A stretch of 57,212 bases of DNA from Patescibacteria group bacterium (GTDB lineage: Bacteria > Patescibacteriota > Microgenomatia > UBA8517). The stretch spans positions 1-57,212 of the forward strand of contig JBBTWD010000004.1 of the NCBI GenBank assembly GCA_038062915.1, given 5' to 3'. This document shows, piece by piece, positions 25,764-33,976 of this stretch. Within the stretch, counting starts at the first letter, position 1. Each line of letters opens with the position of its first letter. Made by a program: the position numbers and the translations under genes. Below the pieces are notes generated by a model, which was not told the DNA's origin, did no database searches, and was given only the letters and a program-made list of their open reading frames with translations.

Positions 25764-26720
25764 GTTCTTTCGCCGTCTAGGCGAAAGAACTTTCCTCTGT
25801 CCCCGCCCCATCGGATAGTATTTGATTAAAAGGAAAAAGTGTCAAAGAAAACTTTCGCTTTACCACCCAACTTTTTAAAAACTTTTTCCTTTAATAAGCA
25901 GTGGCGAGTGCGATGTTTTTTAAAAGAAAAAAGTACGCCACTGCGCCAATCGAATAAGGTGCGAACGCTCGACGAGTTTTCGAGGAGAGGTGAGCTGTAG
26001 GAAACTGAACAAGGGTAGAATAAAGAAGGCGGGGGCAGAGAATAGAAACACCCCACGAAAGCGAGCTCTCTTACTAAGTTACCCCCTTAAAAAAGGCTTG
26101 TACCAGCGAAGCTCTTTTTAGGTACAAGCCGAGGAAGAGACTGAACCAACCTTCTTAAGTGAAAGAAGATATGGGAAAGTTGCCCCCTAGGGCGACCTAA
26201 GCGAGCGAAGTCGGGGTCGCCGTTTCCGTTTTCTTGGGTGGGCGGGCAATGGTTTAACAGAAGACTTTCCTGACGGTACCGTAACGGTTAGCCGTCACAC
26301 CGTCAGACGGTGATATGGCCGAATAATCGGCCAATTGACGGAGTTCACCGAGTACCCTACGGTGACCCGTCAAGCATATAAATAACCCCTTTACCTTTTG
26401 GCGGATTGCGAGTGAAAGTGAATAAGCGAAGCCCTGAGCGAAGCCGAAGGGCTGAGCTGACATGTTGCGTTTAGCGAGCCGCGAAGCGGCGAGCTAACAC
26501 ATTGCGTCAATTCAATTCCCCTTTAACCCCTTTTCTTGACGCAAACATTCTTCTTTGTATTTGTTAACAGTGTTTGGTAAAATAACTTCGAGCGAGTTCA
26601 TATATACGCACAAGTCTGCAGTCAGGCTCACATTGCTCGCGTCGAATGGGGACGACGCAAGCAAATTGTGCGGTGAATTCAGTAAAAAACGAAATCCGTT
26701 TATCTTCCAAAAGGTAGTTC
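25764..26720. other. GC-rich, hairpin-dense non-coding island (candidate large structured RNA or decayed mobile-element end)
   Basis: Perfect stems at 25764-25774/25780-25790 (11 bp), 25898-25906/25936-25944 (9 bp), 26095-26104/26121-26130 (10 bp) and 26191-26197/26215-26221 (7 bp). Further stems at 26270-26277/26299-26306 (8 bp) and 26317-26322/26327-26332 (6 bp). No credible ORF. Visibly more GC-rich than its surroundings. Confidence 0.35.
26397..26611. repeat. Right copy of the perfect 215-bp inverted repeat (partner 464-678)
   Basis: Exact reverse complement of 464-678. It forms one end of the GC-rich island. Confidence 0.95.
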
Positions 26721-27095
26721 GAGCCAACTTTTTTTTGCACTTTGTGAAAGCAAAGTACAATTATTATTTTCGTGTGCAATTTTGGCCGTCGCAACGGCCT
26801 CATTTATGAAAGCTCTCATTGGTTCGACCCAGAATGAAAGTGAACCTACTAAATCTCTAAGTTGAGTTTCGATACTCAATGAATTTAAGTAACGTTGTTT
26901 GCAAACTCCGTTCTTTTTGGTACAACGATAATATGTATACTCAACTTTGCCACGAGTTTTGGGGTAATTCTTGAAATGCTTTTCAGCTGTAATGCCACAG
27001 CTACATTCTCCACATTTTATGAAACCAGTAAATGGAAAAATGTTTGTGTGAGGTCTTTTGTCATCTCGTTTGGCGAGTAAACGAAGCTCATCAAG
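26700..27095 (-). pseudogene. Large serine recombinase C-terminal fragment (zinc beta-ribbon region), no start codon
   Basis: The minus-strand frame reads LDELRLLAKRDDKRPHTNIFPFTGFIKCGECSCGITAEKHF...VEYTYYRCTKKNGVCKQRYL, the recombinase zinc-ribbon pattern. It is bounded by an in-frame TAA at 27096-27098 and a stop at 26700-26702. Confidence 0.7.
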
Positions 27096-27140
27096 TTAAC
27101 CTTCAATTGATATAAACATCATAGCTTGTTATAGCGAGAG

Positions 27141-28508
27141 TTATATTAAATTAGCAATTGCCTGCCTAAAATGATTTGCTTTATCTTCATAATCACGAAA
27201 GACACTATAACTTGGTGATGCAGTCGAGAGTAAACACACCTTCCCTTTTGGTGTATTTTTATAGCAAAAATCTACGGCTTCTTGCATACCCTCAACAAAA
27301 ATATGTTCTGGAACCTCCGAAGAAGTTAGTTTTTCAATTGCATTCCAAATTCGTTTTCCTGTATCCGGGAATAATGCTACGGCTGAAACCTTCTCTTGCA
27401 AAAGCTCTCTGGCTAGAGACTCAAAATTTTGTCCCCTATCTGTTCCTCCCAAAATAACCGAACCTACGCGCCCTTTTAGAGCACGAATAGCTGCAATAGT
27501 AGCTTCCGGAATTGTTGCAACTGCGTCATCAATAAACTCTATTTCTCCTTTCTTTGCTACCAATTGCAGCCTATGTTCCAAAGGCGTGAAAGTTGAAATA
27601 GCCTCAGCAATTTTCGTCGTTGGAATGTTAAGTGCTTTAGCAACTAGTATTGCAGCCATTATATTGTTTAAGTTATGTTTGCCAATTAAAGGAACTTTTT
27701 TAACATCAATCACACTCTCTTCTTTTCCACCAACACGATAAATAATATTCTCACCACTCACAAATACACCAGCTCCGTTTCTCCCCTCCAAAGAAAAACC
27801 AAGAGTCCTAGCTTTTGTCTCAACGGCCAGTTTTGCAACGGCCTCAGAATCAACATTATAAACAAAAAAATCAGATCGTGATTGATGCCTGGTAATATTG
27901 CTTTTTGCTTTGAAATAAGCTTTTTCGCTGCCATGATAATCCAAGTGTTCCCGGAAAATATTCAAAAAAACTCCAATATGCGGCGATTTATCTAAATCAG
28001 ATAACTGATAGCTTGAAAGCTCAAAACAAAAATAGTTTTCTTTCCCAAAATCGTCACCTAAATTGTCAAGACACGGTTTACCTATATTTCCCAGGAGCAC
28101 CGCAGGCAAATCTGATTCTGTTAATATGTGATGAACCAGGCTGGTTGTCGTGCTTTTCCCTTTTGTACCAGTTATCCCAATAATTTTACCTTCGCAAATT
28201 GCAAAAAAAAGTCTTGTCTGTGATGTGACCTCTATTCCTTTTTCCTTTGCATCTTTTATCTGTGGTAAAGAATCAGATATCCCCGGGGATTTAAAAACTG
28301 TGTCATATTGCATTAACGAATCCAAATACTCCACGCCCGTGTAAGTTGTAATATTGAGATCATCTACACTAACATCATTTCGGTCAGCAATTGCAAGCGG
28401 TTTTTCGGGATAAAATTTGCGTATAAAACGATATATACTTTGACCTTCTCTCCCAAAACCAACTATAACAATATCTTTTTCACCAAGCTTCTCAATTTCT
28501 CTGTTCAC
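27141..28508 (-). CDS. murD: UDP-N-acetylmuramoyl-L-alanine--glutamate ligase (MurD family)
   Basis: N-terminal VGFGREGQS, P-loop GITGTKGKSTT and Mur-ligase central and C-terminal blocks (DYHG, HNLNNIMAA, GGTDRG). Confidence 0.85.
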   Translation of the reverse strand: MNREIEKLGEKDIVIVGFGREGQSIYRFIRKFYPEKPLAIADRNDVSVDDLNITTYTGVEYLDSLMQYDTVFKSPGISDSLPQIKDAKEKGIEVTSQTRLFFAICEGKIIGITGTKGKSTTTSLVHHILTESDLPAVLLGNIGKPCLDNLGDDFGKENYFCFELSSYQLSDLDKSPHIGVFLNIFREHLDYHGSEKAYFKAKSNITRHQSRSDFFVYNVDSEAVAKLAVETKARTLGFSLEGRNGAGVFVSGENIIYRVGGKEESVIDVKKVPLIGKHNLNNIMAAILVAKALNIPTTKIAEAISTFTPLEHRLQLVAKKGEIEFIDDAVATIPEATIAAIRALKGRVGSVILGGTDRGQNFESLARELLQEKVSAVALFPDTGKRIWNAIEKLTSSEVPEHIFVEGMQEAVDFCYKNTPKGKVCLLSTASPSYSVFRDYEDKANHFRQAIANLI

Positions 28509-29860
28509 CTTAGTGCCTCCTTTAGAACAACTTCTGTCCCATCATCCAAAAAATTATTACGATTCCAGTCGTGCAGTAATTTATCTGCAATACCAACCAT
28601 AGATTCATCAAATAAACGTGTATCTTCGGCTCGTTTTACAAGACTTGGAAGGGATAAACCACTTTCTGCTAGTTTTCTAGCAGACAACGCAAGAGCAGCC
28701 TTTAATTCAACTCTTGTCCCTACACATTCGAATGGTTTGACCAAATCTTCACGAACAAGCTGCTCCAAAATAGAATACAAAGAGTCATCTTCAAACAAAT
28801 CATGCGAGAAAACGCTAACAATCTGGTCTTGACTCAAAAATGGATGCAACAAAACATAGGTTGATAAACATTTAGGACAATGTCCACACCAGCTATCTGT
28901 CTTTTGACCAACATTACAACTTCTGAAAGCCTCAAAATACTGGGGCATCTCACTGAAAAGCTTTGCAATTTGTAATTCATGCAGTGGCCTCAGAAAACTA
29001 AAATAAGAAACATTAGAAAGATATCTACCAGCATAATCTCTAAAATCTCGTTCAAACTCAGTTGTCTTACTATATTGATGATTTATCCTCTTTCCACCCA
29101 AAACAGTATTAGCCTCGTCAGAGCTTCTTTCGTTAGAAAAAGCAATATCTGAATATCCATATACAGATGCACAAAAGTTACTTAAAAAAGCAAGATAAGA
29201 AGAAAATGGGGTATGGCCATTCAGATAACCTCTGGCATTCAAATCCAATAGCCTCGGATCAATTATCCTCTCCACCATAACCTCATCATTAATTTTAGCT
29301 ATTTGAGACAATCTTTCTGAAGCAGGAATAGGATTAAGAACAAATACTCCAGCAAGGGGTTTACGATTTCCTAAAAGTTGTAATGTTACCGCCGAGTCCT
29401 TTCCGCCTCCAACTGGTATAAGTACTCTTTTCCCCAAAACTTCGGCCTTATCACCAAAAACTTGTCCTTGGGACTCAATTGTGAAAAAATTTGAACCCGC
29501 TTCAATTCCATTTTCCCAAAAAAACTGGCCCATTCCCTCCATGAGTAGTTTATTCCACCACTTGACCTGATAATTATCCAATTGCCCAGCTTCAATCCTT
29601 ATGGTTGGTGAGCACGTTGCTTTCCAATAACTTGGAATTTCTGCAAGACCTAAGTGAAATACAAAATTGTCTAATACTTGTTGCGGTACCTGATCTAAAG
29701 CTCCCTGGGGAATATTTTTAAGAACAACTTTTGGGTTAAACTCAATATCAGGAGGAGCTTGAAAATTAAAACTTAAATCCAAGTTACCACTGTTAGGTTT
29801 GGAATCAAAACTCTTATAAACAAAATTAGGATATTTCTCTCTTAAAGTTTCAGCATTCAT
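28505..29860 (-). CDS. PP-loop (adenine-nucleotide alpha-hydrolase-like) ATPase with C-terminal Cys cluster; candidate MurL-type epimerase
   Basis: VLIPVGGGKDSAV resembles the SGGxDS PP-loop, and there is a C-terminal CNVGQKTDSWCGHCPKC. The 4-nt overlap with the murD start implies translational coupling. The functional call rests on synteny only. Confidence 0.45.
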   Translation of the reverse strand: MNAETLREKYPNFVYKSFDSKPNSGNLDLSFNFQAPPDIEFNPKVVLKNIPQGALDQVPQQVLDNFVFHLGLAEIPSYWKATCSPTIRIEAGQLDNYQVKWWNKLLMEGMGQFFWENGIEAGSNFFTIESQGQVFGDKAEVLGKRVLIPVGGGKDSAVTLQLLGNRKPLAGVFVLNPIPASERLSQIAKINDEVMVERIIDPRLLDLNARGYLNGHTPFSSYLAFLSNFCASVYGYSDIAFSNERSSDEANTVLGGKRINHQYSKTTEFERDFRDYAGRYLSNVSYFSFLRPLHELQIAKLFSEMPQYFEAFRSCNVGQKTDSWCGHCPKCLSTYVLLHPFLSQDQIVSVFSHDLFEDDSLYSILEQLVREDLVKPFECVGTRVELKAALALSARKLAESGLSLPSLVKRAEDTRLFDESMVGIADKLLHDWNRNNFLDDGTEVVLKEALR

Positions 29861-29862
29861 AG

Positions 29863-30873
29863 TTACAAATTAGCAATATCTTCGAGTTTTTGTCCTAAAA
29901 GATAAAAGTTCCTACCAGAATCTATAACAACCTCCGTTAAAGTAAACCTGTCCGGCCTTATATAATGTTCAAGCACTGTATCTGTAACGTCTCGCCATTT
30001 GGTAGCCAAAGCAAGATCTTTCGTTTGGACTCCGCTCCAATCTTCAGGAATTTGGATAGCGATATCTTTGCTATTTACATCCAGTATATAAGATTCAGCT
30101 TGATTATTAACAACCGTAATGCCATCTATCTGGCCAATATTTCTTAATTCTTTACCAGAGACTGGATTTGCCAATCTTTCCTCCACTCTTGGGGAATTAA
30201 TAAGCCATTCTATAGCAAGCCTTGAAGCTCTGACTTGATTCAAGGCATTCTGGAATTGATAATAATTTGAATGATATTCATAACAAATCCCACCCAATTT
30301 ATTAAAGTTCAATATTACATTTGGAAGCTGTAGTGGATCTACTGTCCAATTGGGTTGACCATCTTGTCGTGCCACTAGAGTAGTTGCTAAGCCAAATTCC
30401 ACACTATGAATATCAGAAGGGTACAAAAAATCTTCCGTTGAACCCCAAACTTGCCTCTGTAACTCTCGTACTTGTGCAGCTTCAGTTTCATCTGGTCTAC
30501 CTATATCAATACCATCTACTAATTTATAAGTTGCATTAAAAGTATGCTTGCCTTCAGGATTATAAACTTCGGTACAAGATAAACCATTATTGTTCAATGC
30601 CTGAACCATTTCACTGTCTAAAACAGCAGAACCCGAAGAATGAGCAATCCTAGCTGTAAAGTTACCATTGGCATCCCTTGGAAACAAAAACACAGCCGTT
30701 TTGTTACCATCCTCTTCTGGAAAGATTACTATTTTGCCACCTATTTTAGGAAATGTTGCTTTCAAAAAATGAGGTGGAAAAAGCAAAGGATTACGTGGAG
30801 CCCCTAATTCTTGGCGAAGATTATCCATATCCAAACTAGCATTAACTCCATTTTGCAATATTTCTTTGACCAT
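29863..30873 (-). CDS. Hypothetical protein, first gene of the murD operon
   Basis: Intact 336-aa ORF ending 2 nt before the PP-loop gene start. No motif recognised. Confidence 0.5.
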   Translation of the reverse strand: MVKEILQNGVNASLDMDNLRQELGAPRNPLLFPPHFLKATFPKIGGKIVIFPEEDGNKTAVFLFPRDANGNFTARIAHSSGSAVLDSEMVQALNNNGLSCTEVYNPEGKHTFNATYKLVDGIDIGRPDETEAAQVRELQRQVWGSTEDFLYPSDIHSVEFGLATTLVARQDGQPNWTVDPLQLPNVILNFNKLGGICYEYHSNYYQFQNALNQVRASRLAIEWLINSPRVEERLANPVSGKELRNIGQIDGITVVNNQAESYILDVNSKDIAIQIPEDWSGVQTKDLALATKWRDVTDTVLEHYIRPDRFTLTEVVIDSGRNFYLLGQKLEDIANL

Positions 30874-31015
30874 AGACTAGGCTATATTATCTTCCTCGAA
30901 ACAACTTGAGTCAAACTACGACTTGTAGAATTAGGGGGAGGAAAGAAAATCGCGTGCGCTGAAAATAGGCGAGGTCAACATGCGTAGCATGATTACTTAG
31001 GCCGAGCCGGATAGA

Positions 31016-31067
31016 ACATTACGAGTTTTGTTCAAAGTAAGTTCGAATTTTCGCATACAAAGAGCAC
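31016..31067 (+). repeat. Interspersed repeat core, copy C
   Basis: A 52-nt unit similar to 31918-31969, with an identical 26-mer TAAGTTCGAATTTTCGCATACAAAGA at 31038-31063. Flanking GC-rich sequence is also related to 26440-26715. Confidence 0.85.
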
Positions 31068-31267
31068 AAGTACGTATGAAGAGCGATTTCGCTGTCTGCG
31101 GGGATGGGCGCAACCAGCAAATCGTACGGGGAATTCGGGCAAAATTCCAGCCGTTTATTGGGAAAGGAATAGAAAAATAAAAACGCAAAAATTTTTAATG
31201 CTCTGTTTTCAATATACATTATTTTGTCTACCAACAAAAAGTAGTATAAAATGTAGCCAAAACCACG

Positions 31268-31798
31268 ATGTCTCATAAGCTAGGTAGAAATAAACAAGGT
31301 TCTTCTGAACGTAAAATTTTGGGATTTCAAGAAGCCTCACGTAAAATCCAAGAGATAAAGAATTTAGGGTTGCGAGTGATTTTGGCGCAAGGAGTTTTTG
31401 ATATTGTTCATATTGGTCACGTAGAGTATTTCAGAGCTGCAAAACAAGCCGGAGACATACTTTTTGTTGGAATTGAAAATGATGAGACTGTTCACCTAAA
31501 CAAGGGACCCAACCGACCATTCTGTACTTTCAAAGATAGACTCGAATTTCTTACTGAATTTTGTTCGGTAGATTTTATCTTTGGATTTGAAAATATTCCA
31601 GATTATGGCAAAAGCGTAGACATGTATGTACATCGCTATAAAAAACTAAAACCAACTGCTGTCGCTGTGTCTAGTTGGGACCCTAATTTGAAATTAAAGA
31701 AGCGACAAGCTAAAGAAGCTGGCATAGAACTTGCAATCATAACTCATAACAAAAGAGAATCCTCAACAAGACTACTCCAAATGATTGGGTACGAGTAA
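31268..31798 (+). CDS. Cytidylyltransferase-like nucleotidyltransferase (RfaE domain II / TagD-like)
   Basis: ILAQGVFDIVHIGHVEYFRAAK carries the (T/H)xGH nucleotidyltransferase motif. Confidence 0.75.
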   Translation: MSHKLGRNKQGSSERKILGFQEASRKIQEIKNLGLRVILAQGVFDIVHIGHVEYFRAAKQAGDILFVGIENDETVHLNKGPNRPFCTFKDRLEFLTEFCSVDFIFGFENIPDYGKSVDMYVHRYKKLKPTAVAVSSWDPNLKLKKRQAKEAGIELAIITHNKRESSTRLLQMIGYE

Positions 31799-31917
31799 TT
31801 TCTGTATTTTTGTAGTAAAATATGCTTGCTCTTTTAGCAAGCTCGATTGCGCGAGCAATCGTAAAATTGCACGCGAAGTTTGAAAGGCGAAGGCGAGCGA
31901 AGCGAGCCTGAGCTAAG

Positions 31918-31969
31918 ACATTACGAATTTGTTTGAAAATAAGTTCGAATTTTCGCATACAAAGAACAC
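31918..31969 (+). repeat. Interspersed repeat core, copy B
   Basis: Same 52-nt unit as 31016-31067, with the identical 26-mer at 31940-31965. It is preceded by GC-rich hairpins (31824-31842 and 31844-31861). Confidence 0.85.
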
Positions 31970-32120
31970 TATGAGCGAAATCGACTGGAGTGATTGGTCA
32001 TCTGAAAAAGCAATTGAAGAATTGAGGGATTTTGTTGTAAAACACAATCTCAATCCGATTGAAGAGGCCAAAAGATGTTCGAGGTCGACTCCCTCCCTGG
32101 CCACCCAAGATTTTTCCAGC

Positions 32121-33443
32121 TCAAGCCTTATGTTTGGTTTCTCTACTGTAAAATTTGATTCGGTCGCCTTTGAAACGCAGCGGGATACTCTTTAATGGCC
32201 CATTTCTGTGTTTGGCAATATCTAACATAATGTTTTCTATATTATCATCCTCCTCACGCCAGAGAAACATAACAACGTCAGCAGTTTGCTCTATTCCTCC
32301 ACTTTCTCGAAGGTCTGAAAGTTGTGGTTTTTTGGAACCACCCCTATTTTCTACTGATCTATTTAACTGAGAAAGTCCCATTACAGGAATTTTTAGCTCA
32401 CGGGCTATATTCTTAAGTCCCTCTGCAATTTCTGTAACTTCTTGAACTCTATTTTCCAAGTGTCTGCTTCTGGCTAGCTGCAAGTAATCAACAATGATAA
32501 GATCAAGTCCATGCTCTACCTGAAGCCTTCTTGCTTTTGTTCTCATTTCAAGAACAGATAAAGCTGGTGTATCGTCGATATATAATGGGGCTTCGGCTAG
32601 CTCCCCCATCGCATTACTTAATTTTGTAAAATCATCTTCATCAAGTTTACCGGTTTTTAATTTCCAAGCATCAATATCAGCTTGGGCCACAAGAAGCCTA
32701 TCGACCAATTCTTCCCTACTCATTTCAAGTGAAAAAAACCCGACTGGTTTTTTAAATTTTAAAGCTACATTCTGAGCAATATTTAGTGCCAATGATGTTT
32801 TTCCGATTCCAGGCCGTGCCGCCAAAATTAAAAGATTACTTTTCTGCATCCCGGCTAAAGCATCATCTAAATCATTAAAACCCGTTGGCACACCTCGAAG
32901 CCCTTCACCCTGTTTATGAAGTTCATCAAGTCTATCAAAACTATCTGAAAGAGCCTCCCTGACAGCAGTAAATACTCCAGTCAGATGCCTTTGACTCAAG
33001 GCAAAAACTTCGGTTTCTGCTCTATCAAGAGTTTCTGAAGCGGTTAAACTTTCGTCAAAACTTGCATCAACCAATTTACTTGCCGCGGTCATCAAAAGCC
33101 GTTTTGTAGATAAATCTTTTACAATCCGTCCATAATGTTCAACATGGGCTGCTGTGGGGACTTTATTGGTTAATTCAGCTAAATACCCAGCCCCTCCCAC
33201 TTCTTTGATAATTTTTCTTTTTTTGAGTTTTTCTGTAACTGTTAGTACATCAATCGGGGTTCTTTCTTCATATAAAGTAATGCACGCCTGAAAAATCTCC
33301 TTTAATTTATCATCGTAAAAGTCCTCGGGGTGCAAAAATTCTGCAACAGCAATTACGGCATCACGGTCAAGTAGCATTGCTCCTAATACAGACTCTTCAG
33401 CTTCCTGCGAGTGGGGCGGGATCCGGGGTTGATTAATGATCAC
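32121..33443 (-). CDS. dnaB: Replicative DNA helicase
   Basis: PPHSQEAEESVLGAML N-terminus, Walker A ARPGIGKTS, Walker B IIVDYLQL and no intein. Confidence 0.9.
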   Translation of the reverse strand: MIINQPRIPPHSQEAEESVLGAMLLDRDAVIAVAEFLHPEDFYDDKLKEIFQACITLYEERTPIDVLTVTEKLKKRKIIKEVGGAGYLAELTNKVPTAAHVEHYGRIVKDLSTKRLLMTAASKLVDASFDESLTASETLDRAETEVFALSQRHLTGVFTAVREALSDSFDRLDELHKQGEGLRGVPTGFNDLDDALAGMQKSNLLILAARPGIGKTSLALNIAQNVALKFKKPVGFFSLEMSREELVDRLLVAQADIDAWKLKTGKLDEDDFTKLSNAMGELAEAPLYIDDTPALSVLEMRTKARRLQVEHGLDLIIVDYLQLARSRHLENRVQEVTEIAEGLKNIARELKIPVMGLSQLNRSVENRGGSKKPQLSDLRESGGIEQTADVVMFLWREEDDNIENIMLDIAKHRNGPLKSIPLRFKGDRIKFYSRETKHKA

Positions 33444-33922
33444 TTTTTATCTAAGACAATGACTTTCGTATTTTGATCTTCTAGTATATCTTCTTTTTTA
33501 AGAGAAAACTTTGCAAGAGTCTCATTGGGAAGCCCCACTTCCTTTATAAAAGATTCAAGATTGTCTTCGTAGGCAGGTATGGCGAAGTATGGATCAATTT
33601 CTGAAATCGCAGAAGCTTGTGATGGTAATAAAATTAAAACGTCTATTGATCCTAGTTGATCAACAAGTCCACTGTCTATTTTTTGATCCATATTGCCCAA
33701 AGTCGCGACTCTTAATTTTTCAATTTCTAAAACGTATACGGGTTTTTTATTAACGTTGATACCAATTACGGAAATTCCTGAAATTTCATATTCACCAGGT
33801 CCTGTTATTTCTTTTGCCTTGCCTTCTTGTGATTCAATTGATATTTTTGTTGAATTAAGATGTACCAAACTGGTTTTAGTTTTTATTTTAAAAGAAGAGT
33901 GACCTAAATATGTAATGTCCAT
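33440..33922 (-). CDS. MBL-fold-like protein lacking an evident HxHxDH motif
   Basis: MDITYLGHSSFKI N-terminus and VDVLILLP...AIPAY C-terminus resemble the UPF0173/MBL-fold family, but the metal-binding motif is not visible. Start moved to the internal ATG at 33922. Confidence 0.45.
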   Translation of the reverse strand: MDITYLGHSSFKIKTKTSLVHLNSTKISIESQEGKAKEITGPGEYEISGISVIGINVNKKPVYVLEIEKLRVATLGNMDQKIDSGLVDQLGSIDVLILLPSQASAISEIDPYFAIPAYEDNLESFIKEVGLPNETLAKFSLKKEDILEDQNTKVIVLDKK

Positions 33923-33976
33923 TTTGCCCACTCTAGCAAATTGACAATTTTTAATCAATACCGTATATTAGGCCCG

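Noticed and set aside
464-26611. The 215-bp inverted repeats as terminal inverted repeats of a transposon, or of an integrated linear element.
   Set aside because: There is no target-site duplication at the outer boundaries and no transposase, polB or terminal-protein gene inside. The right copy continues into a longer structured region that the left copy lacks. Kept only as a recombination substrate.
26595-26611. The outer end of the repeat reads GTGCG on the inward-reading strand, like a group II intron 5' end.
   Set aside because: I could not find a domain V-like hairpin (AGC triad, GNRA loop) or an intron-encoded protein on either strand. A five-base match is not evidence.
25826-26809. 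Five overlapping ORFs (69-84 aa, both strands) inside the GC-rich island.
   Set aside because: They overlap one another in different frames and contain repeat-derived peptides (for example SAQPFGFAQG). The related copies at 31.0 and 31.9 kb differ by non-triplet indels, so no reading frame is conserved.
31038-31063. The GTTCGAAT motif in the repeat core as a tRNA T-loop (hidden tRNA gene).
   Set aside because: The flanking bases cannot form a 5-bp T-stem. No acceptor stem or anticodon arm can be drawn. The same holds for GGTTCGACC at 26821, which lies inside the recombinase fragment.
31929-32195. An 88-aa plus-strand ORF starting in repeat copy B and overlapping the dnaB 3' end.
   Set aside because: Its N-terminus is repeat-derived and its C-terminal half is Ser/Phe-rich antisense of dnaB. 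No motif was found, so it is probably not a gene.
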